Shown: one piece after another, positions 1 through 13,018 of the stretch
Layout: each line of letters starts with the position of its first letter
Position numbering within the stretch: position 1 is the stretch's first letter
From: Malacoraja senta
Lineage: Eukaryota
DNA: 64,000 bases
NCBI GenBank assembly: GCA_038087875.1
Contig: JAXLNO010000650.1
Span: 1 to 64,000, forward strand
Direction of reading: 5' to 3'
Program-made: the position numbers and the translations under genes
The notes under the pieces: model-generated
Seen by the model: only the letters and a program-made list of their open reading frames with translations
The model's database searches: none
What the model was told of the DNA's origin: nothing

Positions 1-219
1 GGGTGTGGGTAATTGGGTGTGAAGTGGTGATTGGAGGGGGTGGGTGTAGAAGGGCCCAGTCTTTGCAGACTGTGGTCAGGCTGTGAAGTGTTGGTTGGGG
101 TGGGAAATGGTCCAGTCTTTTCTTACTGGAGTCTTACCTTAAGTAGGTGTGAAGTGGTGAATGGGAAGGAGAGGGTGCAGGGTCCATTCTTTGCAGACTG
201 GGGTCTGGCTGTGTTGATT

Positions 220-900
220 GGGGAGGGGGGGAGGGGGTACCAGGGTTACGTTTCTGATTTTCAAACCTGCAGTAAAACTCATTCAGGTCGTTGGTCAGCT
301 GACAATTGTCCAAAGAGGGCTTTCCTCTTGTAGCTGGTAATTTCTTGCAAGCCCTTCCAAACTGAAGAAGAGTCACTAGCTGAGAACTTGCTCCTCAACT
401 TCTCAGAGTATCTTTCCTTGGCAGCTCTGATTCCTCTTCTCAGCTTGTACATGGCCTGCCTGTAGAGGTCTGCATCCCCGCTCCTGTAGGCCTCCTCTTT
501 AGACCGTCGGAGCTGTCTGAGTTCTGCAGTGAACCAGGGCTTGTTGTTGAATAGAGCGATATGCGTTCTTGATTGCCGTATAACAGTGATCGAGTGTTCT
601 CTCCCCTCTGGTGGGGCAGGTAGCATGAAGTCTGTATTTTGGAAGGTCACGGCTGAGGTTAGCTTTATTAAAGTTCCCCAAAACAATGACCATGGAGTCC
701 GGGAAGTCACTCTCTACCCTCATTACCTGGTCAGCGAGTTGCGTTTGCGCCTCACATACGCAGGCTTGGGGGGAATGTAAACTCCAGCGAGAATAAAGGA
801 GTTAAATTCCCTCGGAGAGTAGAAGGGTTTGCAGTTTATAAAGAGGAATTCTAGGTTGGGAGAGCAGAAATTTGACAGTACCGTGATGTCGCTGCACCAG
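220..900 (-). mobile_element. Rex1/Babar-type LINE fragment (endonuclease end and linker)
   Basis: IVLGNFNKANL, PTRGERTLDHCY, NNKPWFTAELRQL, SSVWKGLQEITSYK, DLNEFYCRFE in broken frames. Confidence 0.75.
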
Positions 901-1049
901 TCCTATGCTGTGTAAGCAACATTTGGCACAGAATTATAGACAATTAGTATAAGGTACCATTCAAGGAGTGGTTCAATTTGCTGAAGAAGGAAGGGCAATT
1001 AGTAAATGAAACCCAATATGGATTTTTGCATGAAGGTAGGGTTGATACA

Positions 1050-1345
1050 GCTTAGAGTTTAGAGTTACAGCGCGGAAACAGACGCTTCGGACCACCAAGT
1101 CTGCGCTGACCAGCTATCCTCGTACACTAGCACTATCCTACACACTAGGGACAATTTACAATCTTTACCAAAGCCAATTAACCTACAAACCTGTACGTCT
1201 TTGGAGCGTGGGTGGAAACCGGATCACCCGGAGAAAACCCAAGAGAACATACAAACTCTGTACAGACAGCACCTGTAATCAGGATTGAACCCGGGTCACT
1301 GGCGGTGTAAAGCAGCAAATCTACCGAAGCTCTACCGCGCCGCCC
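1050..1345 (-). mobile_element. V-SINE (HE1-like)
   Basis: Same family as 15385-15688. Confidence 0.85.
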
Positions 1346-4300
1346 GAGCTCTTGGAATTGGTAGTTCTCCACAACACGTAGCAGTATTCATCAAAATGCA
1401 AGAATGGAACCCACATAGGGCGGAGATTTTGATTCCTTACATTGTTGCAAATTGCATGCAGCACAACTACTAAAGTTGCCCTAGAACAGCATGGAATTAT
1501 ATCAGTAAAAATTAAGCTTCTATGGTTCCAAGTAGGCCAGGATTTTGGAATTGTGCAGCACCAGTGTGTGACAATGGTCTGTGATGAAGAGTCTTGAAGT
1601 CAAGTGAGAAATAAGGATCACGCCACTGAGCTGGTTAGAGGATTGACAGGGAGTGCTAAGAGAAAAGTCCAGTGTATGAAAGGAGATAATGGTCAAATTG
1701 TACACCTGATCAATAGACTAATAGTGATTAAGACGAGTATAAATGCTGCAAGAATAATTGCTCAGTTATGGCCTCCAGGGTTTAATGGTTGTATAAATTG
1801 CCACTATAATGGCAGATCCACAGACCTGTATCACCTACACTGGACAGCACAGTGGCACGGTGGCAGTGCTGCTGCCTCACAGCGCCAGAGACCCAGCCCT
1901 GTGGCCGTGTGGGTTTACTCCATACAACCAGATGGGTGGGTGTATGTTAGAAACTGTTCATAGAAATCATTGCAACACTCGGGTCTTGACATAAATGGGA
2001 CAATATTATTATGTTGCCACAATAGATGATTCTATAATTATGGCACTTCTGTAAAAATAAGGACCTGATTCAATAGTGATGATGGGGAATTCCTGCATAA
2101 ATTCATTAGTTATAGGAGCAGAATTAGGCCATTCGGCCCATCGTCTATTCTGCCATTCAATCATGGCTGATCTATCTTTCCCTCGCAACCTTATTCTCTT
2201 CCCTTCTCTCCATAACCCCTGACACCCGTACTAATCAGGTTGATGTACATCAGGGGGGATCTTATTTATATCAATGCCACATACAAGTTGCATGATAGAC
2301 TCACTGAGTTTGACAAATAGAGAGATGCTCCAACCCCACACCCATCTGGGCACACTTTTGATTTTCAGTGCAGCAGTTGCTGTTTCACACAGCGCAGACA
2401 GCAAGAAACCCTGCATCATGAGAACACAGTTTCCAAATTGTTTTACAAATTCAATATTCTCACCAGGCTCAAATCGTTGGGTATATTCCCTATCTCAGTA
2501 GGGTTACAATTTAATAATAATTACATTACCAGACTACTGATCCTGAGACAGGAGATCAAATCCCATTGGAACTAACAGAGCAGACACACGCCCCACAAAC
2601 CTGCTCCATTCAATATAATTGTAGTTAATTTAATTGCTGTTATAGGGTACGGCATTTGGACATTTTCTGTTCTGATTTTGGATTTCTGGAAATCACATCC
2701 GAATTCAAGTAAAAAATATGACTAAACTAAATTCCAGGTACAGGATAAGGGTTGAAATAAGTAAAACTGAAAATTTAGCTAATTTAAGGAAGTATATCGT
2801 AAAATAAAAAAGCTTCCCACTCGCTAAGCATGTTGTAAATTGGGTGGGGATTATTCATTCATAGAACATGGGGTTTTACTGTCTACATCAGTGATTATTA
2901 TTCATCTTTAACTTATCCTGTACCGAGGTACAGCGAAAAGCTTTGTTTTGCATGCTACCCAATCAAATCAGAAAATACTATACAAACTGAAGTACAATGG
3001 GTAGAGAAAAAGGGAAAAAAGAGCATGCAGAATATAGTTCTCAGCATTGCAATGCACCAATTACAGAGACAAGTCCAATGTCCGCAATGGGGTGGAGGTG
3101 AATTGGACAGTACCCTAGCTTACGGATGGACTGTTCACAAGCCTGAGACACAATGAACTGCAGATGCTGGAATCTTGAGCAAAACACAGAGTGTTGGCAT
3201 AACTCAGTGGGTCAGGCAGCATCTTTGGAGTGAATCGGTCCAAAGAGGGGTCCTGACCTGAAATGTCACCCTCCACAGATGCTGCCTGACTCACTGTGTT
3301 ACACCAGCATTTTGTGTTTGGCTCAAGTTCAGAAACTATCTTTGAAGGACATTTATGGATTGGGTAAGGTCAGGTGACAATCTAATGGTTTATTACTTTG
3401 TTATTATGACTGTCTTAATGTATAATTCCATGTTTAATTCCTTGGATTTAAATTGTTCCAAAGGTTATGATAGATTTAATCTGTCCTTTCCGGAACAATG
3501 CTACAGAATTTTTGAACACCAGCACCAATACTGTAACGACTATGCAGTTGTGCATTTCAGGGAAATTAAACTCTTGCAATTATTTTTAAAAAGAGATTTT
3601 ACATTGAAGGGGATTATACAAAATTAATGACACTCAACGATATCCAATAGCAGCATATAAAATGATAAGGGGCATAGATACGGTAGACAGTCAGAACCTT
3701 TTTCCCATGATGAAAATGTCAAAGAGAGGGCATAGTTTTAAGTTGTGAGGGGCAAATTTTAAAGGAAATGTGCAAGGCAATTTTTTTTAAAACAGAGTGG
3801 TGGGTGCCTGGGACGCAGGCGCTAGCAGGATTGGTGTTGGAGGTAGATATGTTAGTGGCATTTAAGAGCGTTTTAGATAGGTTGGAAATGGAGAGATATG
3901 AATCACATGCAGGCAGATGAGATTAGTTTAACGGCATTATGTTCAGCACAGGCTTTGTCGGCCAAAGGGTCTGTTCCTCTGCTTTTTATGCTCTATGTTT
4001 AAAGTAAAGGAGTGGGAGACTTTATCCACGGCAAATCTAACAGGAATTGACCCTTTAATCCAAATGTGACTTTTTTTTTCAAGGAGCACGCATTGGTATT
4101 GAACCCTTCACGACCTCCTGTCCCAGTGAATTTTACAGCCAATTAACTACTTTAAATAAATCAACCCATGGCTGTAATTTAGGAGGTTTATCAGCTCATT
4201 TGTGCACTACAAGTTGCATCATCACTAGTGTACCAAGATCATATAATGATGCTGTTTGAGGGAATAAATGTTGGCTACGACAAGAGAAAACACTCTTCCA

Positions 4301-4409
4301 CAGCACCGTGGATGATCATGGAAGATGCCTGACCCACTTAGTTACTCCAGCATCTTTAGTATGAGCCAGCATCTACAGTTCTTTTTTATTATTATTCCAT
4401 GGAATATTA

Positions 4410-4708
4410 TGTTTAGTTTAGTTTAGAGATACAGCGTGGACACAGGCCCTTCGGCCCACCGAGTTCATGCTGACCAACAATCCCACGTATGCTAGTTCTA
4501 TCCTACACACCAGGGACATTTTACAGAAGCCAATTAACCTACAAACCTGCATGTCTTTGCAATGTGGGAGGAAAGCGGAGCACCCGGAGGAAACCCACGT
4601 GTTCTCAGAGAGAACGTGAAAACTCCGTATAGACAGCACCTATAGTCAGGATTGAACCTGGGTCTCTGGTGGTGCAAGGCAGCAACTCTACCACTGCACC
4701 ACTGTGCC
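4410..4708 (-). mobile_element. V-SINE (HE1-like)
   Basis: Same family. Confidence 0.85.
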
Positions 4709-6539
4709 CCCTAAGACATGATGTATCTCTGTAGGCGGGCAGACAGGCCTTTAATGCTTGACTCAAAGATGGCACCTCTGATATTGCACCGTGCTCTCAT
4801 TGCACCGGCAGTGTAGGCTGAATTTATGTTCTCAGGTCCCAGCAGTACATCTCAAACCCACAACCACATGTGAAAATGATACCAGCACTGCTGGGTACTG
4901 CACGACAGTTAACAAGATAATCAGAAAGGTCATCTGGTTCTCCAACAGTGGAGTGGGCCGCTAGAGGCCTTGCAGCAGCCTGGGGCTCGATTGGATCGGG
5001 CACGGCTCGAAGGGGCCAAGTATGGAGATTGGATGCTGCCTGCAGCGGCACAAAGCGGTGGAGGAAACCAACAACTTTGCTGGCCAGGCCAACCCTGCAA
5101 AGCCATAACGACAGCAGTCCTTTGTGGCCAAGTCGAGAACTCTACATTTGAAGAAACTTTCAGACTTGAATCATGAAAAAATGGCGCCAACACACAGCGA
5201 CATTCACATACTGTTTCAGTGTACTATTCCTATACACTTATACTTGGCCAAACGTGGGCAAATAGAACTAGCTTAGATGGGGCATCTTGGTCGGCGTGGA
5301 TAAGTTGGGCTGTTTCCATGCAGTATGACTCTATGATTCTAACTATACTCCACATCATCTCCTTTGCTGTACCTATTGTACTCGAGTTTGACTGGATTGT
5401 ATTTATATATATTGTTATTTGATTTGTTTGGACACCATGCAAAACAAACCTTTTCATTGTACCTCAGTATAAGTGACAATAATAAACCTAAATCTGATCA
5501 ATGGAGGTATGGTTACCAGATCAAGTGATTTTTTTTTGGTATATTGTCCAACTTATGGACAAAATTGACATGGATGTCTGTAAAAACACAAACCATTCAT
5601 TACCCATTCTTTTCTAAGGGTCATGGGGACTACATTAGTTACGTGACTCTCTATTTAATGGTTGATCAAAGAGATGCAAGTGCACGACCGACTGCCTAAC
5701 ACTCTACCTTCCAAATGCTCGCCCCCATTAGCAAAGATCTTGCCCATCACATGGCCACATCCTTTAGACAGGGAAGACCAAATATATTGACAGGAAGCTG
5801 TGGAGACTCCCCACACAACAGCTCCCTGTGACATCTCTCAAGGCATTTCCTGCACTGTGTAAAGGGTAATAGAAGCATTATTCAAGGGTTGCAGATACTT
5901 CAAACCCTTCCTGGACCCACAGACACCTGTTGCTTTATAGATCAAAACACACAAAGTGCTGGAGGAACTCAGCGGGTCAGGCAGCATCTGCGGAGGGGAA
6001 TGGACGGGCAACATTTCAGGTCGGGAGCATTTTTCAGTCATCAGTGTTTTGCTCAAGATAGCAGGAAGCGGAGCGACACCCACAACACACTGGCCACTCT
6101 CTCATCTCGCTGCTACCATCGGGAAGGTGGTACCGCAGGCGGAGAACCATTACCTCCAGGTTCAAGAATAGCTTCTTCACATCAACCATCAGATTCTTTA
6201 ACCACTCTGCATAACCCCACCTCAGCAGCGAACTACCATGAACTTTGTACCGCTACGAACTTTGGCTTCCAACATCATAGCCTGGGTAATTTAGAATAAC
6301 TGATAATGTATTGTATATTTATTCATTGTGTTGTTGCTTTTAATGTGCCTGTAAATCTGCAGCAAGTAAGAATTTAATTGTTCTGGTCCTGGGGCAAGTG
6401 ACAAATAAATTCTCTTGTCCCTGGGATATCTTCAACATTTATATTTATTTCAAATTGTCACCAATTGCTGTTTTTTCCTTTGCAATTAAATGTCCCACAG
6501 AACTCTAAAATAAGAAATATCATAATGTCATACTACGTG

Positions 6540-6800
6540 TAGTTTAGAAATATAGTGTATAAACAGGTCCTTCGGCCCACCGAGTCCATGCTGACAAGCG
6601 ACCACCCGTACTCTAGTTCTATCCTACATACCAGGAACCATTTAGAGGCCAATTAACCAACGAACCTGGCCTCTTTTGAATGTGAGAGGAAACCGGAGCA
6701 CTTGGAGAACGTACAAACTCCGTACAGACAGCACCCGTTGTCAGGATTGAACTCAGGTCTCTGGCACTGTAAGGCAGCAACTCTACCGCTGCACCACGGA
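6540..6800 (-). mobile_element. V-SINE (HE1-like)
   Basis: Same family, internal deletion. Confidence 0.8.
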
Positions 6801-7044
6801 GGTGCCCCTGTTTGTTTGCGCAGTAAAATTACATAATTCCACTTGGCCTTATGACCTAGAAATTCATCCCCATTGAGCTGCATTAAACAGTGCTGTGCAT
6901 CCTAAAATGTATCACAAGACACTGATGCCAGAGGATAATGCGCTAAGGGTTATTTGCCAACATGATCAACACTGGGAAATAGTTCTTATCAAAGGTGAGG
7001 GAGCCGTGGACCCTGTTATAAACTGAATTTCATGTCTACATTTT

Positions 7045-7260
7045 GTAGGAATGAACTGCAGATGCTGGTTTAAACCGGAGTAACTCAGCAGGACAGGCAG
7101 CATCTCTGGAGAGAAGGAATGGGTGACATTTTGGGTGGAGACCCTTCATCAGACTGTCTGAAGAATATGTGAAGGGTCTCGACCTGAAACGTCACCCATT
7201 TCCTCTCTCCAGAGATGCTGCCTGTCTTGCTGAGTTACTCCTGCATTTTCTGTCTATCTA
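7045..7260. repeat. Foldback Penelope-derived unit (representative; others at about 3155-3320, 9520-9710, 14210-14405, 35180-35392, 38570-38785, 51850-52060)
   Basis: GGAGTAACTCAGC...CATCTCTGGAGA...GACCCTTC.TCAGAC followed by its reverse complement. Confidence 0.85.
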
Positions 7261-8879
7261 TATCTTGTAGCCTCAGTTGCTCTCCAAACAGCATATCCTC
7301 TCTCAAACCCACCAACCGGGTCCAAGTGTCATAATTCTGAGCCAGCTATAGTTAAAGCAAGAAGTTCTCCACTTGACTCAGTAACCTAGTCTCAGGAAAG
7401 CAGAACTACTGTTGGGTTGCGTCATAACTTGATCTGGGAGCAGCTCTGCCCAAGACCATGAGAAACGGCTGAGAGTTGTAGATATAGCCCAGCCCATCAC
7501 ACAGACCAGACTCCCCACCATTGACTTCAACTACACTTTACACAGCCTCGGAAATAACAGCCAACATAATCAAAGAAGAAAGTCTGAAGAAAGATATTTT
7601 ACGTCCCGATCATTCCTTCTTCTCCCTGCTCTGGTCAGGCAGAAGATACAGAAGATTATAAACATGCACCAGCAGACTCAGGAACAGCTTCTTTCCATCT
7701 GTTATCAGACCACAGAAGGGTCCTGCCATAAGCCAGGACATAGTCCCTATCTTCCAACCTACTTTATTGCAGACATTAGACTTTTCCTCTGGAACGTTAT
7801 GCTACAATGCTGAGAACTACATTCTGCACTCTGTTATTTTTTTCTCTTTTATACTTGAGTGTGGGTTGATTATATTAATCTGTAGTGTTATCTGATTTGA
7901 TCAGAAAGCACACAAAACAAAGCTCTTCACTGTACCTCGGTACACATGACAATAATAAACCTAAACACAGAATGAATTAATTTCAATATTGTTGGATTAC
8001 TACCTCATTGTGGTAAAAAAAACTATTTCCAAATCTTTCTGCCATTTATTGGATGGCAACGCGAGCTGTGTAGATCATGTACAGGCCTTAATAATCATGT
8101 TTCTTCCAATGCTGGGCTATTTAAAGTGAGTTTTTGGGCATAACTTAAATGGTTGGATTGCTAACTTTGGTGCCTGCCATGTGATATAGGCTCCACTATT
8201 TTAAGAAGGGGCAGGGGGAATTGAAGATACTTTAATAGATTGTCTGGTGCCAGCCCATAAACAAGAGCAAAATACTTTTATTTAGCTCTAGTATTGCAGA
8301 CAGCTGGCCCTTCCATTGGGTTGCAGTAATTCCAGAGACTGAGGCCCCAGTGCTGATTGAAGAACTATGGCATACAGCGGCATAGAGAGAAGGCAAAGCA
8401 CAGTGGGGATCAATTGACCTGTGTTATCATTATTCAGCTTGTCAATCCTAACTTCCAATGCCATCCACACATCCCCTTCATTTCCACAGACAAGAACTTT
8501 GCAAGCTCCTTTGCATTTATAATGTTGTAACACAGAAGGCTGTGGAGGCCAAGTCAATGGATATTTTAAAATCGGAGATTGTTAGATTCTTGATTAGTAC
8601 GAGTGTCAGGGGTGATGGGGAGAAGGCAGGGGAATGGGGCTGAGAGGGAATGATAGATCAGCCGTGATTGAATGGCGAAGTAGACTTTATGGGCCGATAT
8701 GGCCTAATTCTGCTCCGATAACTTATGAACTTGGTCTTGTTTCGAGCACAGGTACCAAGGTGAGCTGGATACATTATACCAGATGTTCTGAAATCTTTAC
8801 GCTGTGTCTCACTTCAGAGCGGTGTGTAATTCCTCCCCAATCTCCATGTTCTCCGTTCTGATATCAAGCATTGAACAAA

Positions 8880-9250
8880 ATATTGAAACTGGAGGAAGTG
8901 GTGTTGGGGCTCTTGAAGAGCATTAAGGTGGACAAATCCTGATTGGGTTCATTCCAGGTTATTGAGAGAGGCAAGAGAGGAGATTACGGGAGCCCGGACG
9001 AAGATCTTTGCGGCTTCTTTAGCCACAGGAGAGGTCCCGGAGGACTGGAAAGTAGCTAATGTTGTTCCTTTATTTAAGAAGGGAAGTAGAGAGAATCCAG
9101 GGAATTACAGGCGGTGAGCCTGTAATTCCCTGGTAGGAATTACAGTGGTAGGGAAGATTTGGGGTAGGATCTATTTGGAAGCGAATGGGTTAATTCAGGA
9201 CAGTCAGCATGGCTTTGTACTCGGCAGGTCATGTCTTACTAGCATGATCG
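8880..9250 (+). mobile_element. CR1 fragment upstream of RT
   Basis: TGEVPEDWKVANVVPLFKKGSRENPGNYR, SQHGF. Confidence 0.8.
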
Positions 9251-9780
9251 AATTAGTGAAAGTGGCATAACAGGGAACTAGTGCAATGGTCAGAGTGGAC
9301 TCGGTGGACTGAAAGGCCTGTTTTCATGCTGCCTTTCTAAACTAAACTCAGCGGATCAGGCAGCTGGACAGGGACTGGACAGATGACGTTTCAGGTAGGG
9401 ATCCTTCTTAATCTTTGTGTGTCCATTACAAGGAACACTGGCCTCTGTGGGCTGGGACAGGAAACAAACAAACCATTGGAACAAGCCCCATTTGAACCAA
9501 TGTAATAAAAAGAAAACACAGATGCTGGTTTATACCAAAGATAGACACAAAATGCTGGAGTAACTCAGCGGGCCAGGCAGCACCTCTGAAGAAGGGTCCC
9601 GACCCGAAACATCACCTATCCATGTTCTCCTAAAATGCTGCCTGACCTGCTGAGCTACTCCAGCACTGTCTTCGTCTGCAAACCAGCATCTCCAGTTCTT
9701 TGTTTCTACAGCAAGAGTGGATAACTGGAGTATAACTGGAGTAAAACTGGAACAACATTAGTGCACAAGGTTCTAATCTA

Positions 9781-10368
9781 TGCCCCTGTCCCACTTAGGA
9801 AACCTGAACGGAAACCTCTGGAGACTTTGCGCCCCACCCAAGGTTTCCGTGCGGTTCCCGGAGGTTTTTGTCAGTCTCCCTAATGGTCGAAAGTGGTTTC
9901 CGCTTCTTCTATGTTCCGGCGATTATTTCAAAAAATTCAAAACCGGCCACGACTAAAAATAGGTTGCCGTTTAAAAAATCGGTAATTTTTAGTTGAAGCC
10001 GGTTGCGATGCTAGTTGAAGGTGGTTGCCGGAGGTTGCAGGTAGTGGAAGGCAAGACCTTTTTTACACCCAGTTTTATTCCACCAGGGAGGTCTTACCTT
10101 CCACTACCTGCAACCTCCGGCAACCACCTTCAACTAGCATCGCAACCGGCTTCAACTAAAAAATTACCGATTTTTAAAACGGCAACCTATTTTTAGTCGT
10201 GGACGGTTTTTAATTTTTTGAAATAATTGCCGGAACATAGAAGAAGCGGAAACCACTTTCGACCATTAGGGAGACTGACAAAAACCTCCGGGAACCGCAC
10301 GGAAACCTTGGGTGGGGCGCAAAGTCTCCAGAGGTTTCCGTTCAGGTTTCCTAAGTGGGACAGGGGCA
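9781..10368. mobile_element. Foldback non-autonomous DNA transposon (MITE-like)
   Basis: Arms 9781-10059 and 10089-10368 are near-perfect reverse complements with a 29-nt spacer; flanked by TA on both sides. Confidence 0.9.
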
Positions 10369-10704
10369 TAAGTAACAGGTCTTTAAAGAGAATGGTGATT
10401 ATAATTATGATAGAGAGAAAGGATTAAAGAGCACAGCATGAATTGGTCATGGGCCTCCTGACAATAGCTATGAAGTAGTAGAATGTATATATGCAAAGAT
10501 TAACAAAGGAAAGATAGCTTGGTTTTAATAAAGATTGGGATTGGCAAGCTCTTAGGTCGGAAAGGTATAAATTTAAGCATGTTTAAGATTGTTTTCTGTA
10601 ACAATATGCCTGGAATGAATAATAGGTAGGGCTTTATTAACTTCACTAATGAGTAATAAGCCAAATTGAGTTAAAAGCCAAACTGTGCGTGAAAATTGTG
10701 TGTA

Positions 10705-11110
10705 GAAAGGAACTGCAGATGCTGGTTTATACTGAAGGTAGACACAAAGTGCTGGAGTAATTCAACGAGTCAGGCATCATTTCTAGAGAAAAAGGATGGG
10801 TGTCATTTTGGGTAGGAACCCTTTGTCAGAATGAAAGTAGAGGGGAGGGAACTTGAAGGTAACAAATGGCCAGAACAAAGCAGAGCTGGCAATAGATGAT
10901 CAAGGAAGGGTGAAGCCCATTGTTGGCTGGGGAAGAGGTAATAACAAAGTATCACCAAGGGTGTAAACAGTGGAACTAGTTGGACGACTAGGGTGGGGAA
11001 GGGGGAGGGGAAGGAGGGAATGAGGAGGTACTTGAAATTAGAAAAATCAACATTCATAACTTTCTATCGTGAGATGCTGCCTTATCCGCTGAGTTACGCC
11101 AGCATTTTGA
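10705..11110 (-). mobile_element. Penelope-like element 3' fragment
   Basis: MNVDFSNFK resembles the end of a Penelope ORF, followed by a pyrimidine-rich UTR and the degenerate hammerhead-core repeat unit. Confidence 0.65.
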
Positions 11111-12029
11111 GTCTGTGTGCATGAACATTTATCTAATAGCAATCGTAATGTAGTGTTTGAAAGGGAGAAACACAAACCAGCTGTGAAGATTCTAGATATC
11201 GGTAAATCTGACTTCAGTGCAATGGATATCATTCCAAACAAACTAGAGGAATCTGGCAATGGATAAACAACACACGATCTGTGACAGCTGTTCACGGAAT
11301 AAGTTAATGCTTTATAGACTCAGTTTATACCATTAAAGAGCCGGGGCTCCATGGCAATGAAACAATAATCCTAAAACCAACTAAGAATGAGTGTTTAGTT
11401 CAGAGGTACAGCGTGGAAACAGCCCTTCAGCCCACGTCGACCAACAATCACCCGTTCACGAGCTCTATGTTATCCCAGTTTTGCATCCGACAAACTAGGG
11501 AGAATTTACCGAAGCCAATTATAACTTACAAACCTGCATGTCTTTGAATGGATTAATAAGTTTATTGGCCAAGTATTCGCATTCAAGCAATTTGCCTTGG
11601 TGCTCCGCCCGCAAGTGCCAACATGACGTACAGTTAGGAATGACACATAAAACATTAAACATTAATAGCGCTAAAAAAGAGTTTAACAAAATATTTGGCA
11701 AACGGGATGATATAAAAAGTAGACAACCGATAATAGGAGCAAAAGAGTAAGAGAACATGAAAAGTGTACTGAAGTGGACACAAATATTTCATGGTGAAAC
11801 CCAAGGCTTTACCTGGAAACATTTACCACCATAAATACTGACATTTCTCTGCAAGACTGGGAGCAACTTGCAGATTTCCGTGTGAAGGAGAAAGTTCTGA
11901 ATTTTAGTTCAGAGTTTCACTGCTGTTGTACTTCACTAGATACCAGGGAGAAAGCTTCAGGTTGTAGCAATTCCCCACTAATTGTGGCCATTCCTATCGC
12001 AGGGTCTATAGGGAACTGGGTAGGGAATC

Positions 12030-12292
12030 GAGTTTAGTTTAGTTTTGATAAACAGCCTGGAAACAAACAGGTCCTTTGGCCCATCTAGTTTGTGCCGAAC
12101 GATCACCCGTACATTAGTTCAATCCTACACACTAGGGACAATTTTAAAGAAGCCATTTAATCAACAAAACGTCTTTGGAATATGGGAGGAAACAGGAGCA
12201 CCCGGAGAAAACCCACGCGATCATAGGGAGAACGTTCAAACCTGTAGTCAGAGTCTGTGGCGCAGCAACTCTACCACTGCTCCACTGTGTCA
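12030..12292 (-). mobile_element. V-SINE (HE1-like), degenerate
   Basis: Same family. Confidence 0.75.
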
Positions 12293-12712
12293 CCTCATTA
12301 AAAAAAAAAAATCACTACATTTAAAATATTTAAGTGTTGCAGTGTTTTTTTAAATGTAAGTACTCGAAATTAAAAAAAAAATTTAAATAATTTCTGAGCT
12401 CCGAGACACTAGCTGTGATTTAAGTTTTTATAATTCTGGATAAGCCAGCGATTGTAATTTAGCCAGCTGTCAACGTTTTATTTTTAGCTTTTTATAGGCA
12501 GGACTTCTTTAGCATCCTTCCCAGACAGCATGACGGCATTGTCTGATGTCACATCACCACTGGGAATTGAGATGACTTCCAATCACAATTCCTCACTGGG
12601 AGAATTCACTATAGGTAAGAAGTATACTTTTGGAATTGTACTTGGATAGGAAAGGTGTAGAGGAATGTGGGCCGCATGCAGGCAAATAAGACTAGCTCAG
12701 ATGGACGAGGAT

Positions 12713-13018
12713 GTTTAGTTTAGTTTAGAGGTACAGCGCGGAAACAGGCCCTTTGGCCCAATGAGTCCATGTCGACCAGCGATCCCCGCACACTAACACT
12801 ATCCTACACACACTGGGAACAATTTACTATTTTACTAAGCCAATTGACCTAGAAACCTATACGTCTTTGGAGTGTGGGAGGAAACCGGAGCTCCCGGAGA
12901 AAACCCACACCGGTCACGGGGAGAATTTACAAACTCCATACAGACAGCACCTGTGGTCAGGATTGAACCCGGGTCTCTTGTGCTGGAAGGAAGCAACTCT
13001 ACCGCTGCGCCACCGTGC
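12713..13018 (-). mobile_element. V-SINE (HE1-like)
   Basis: Same family. Confidence 0.85.
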
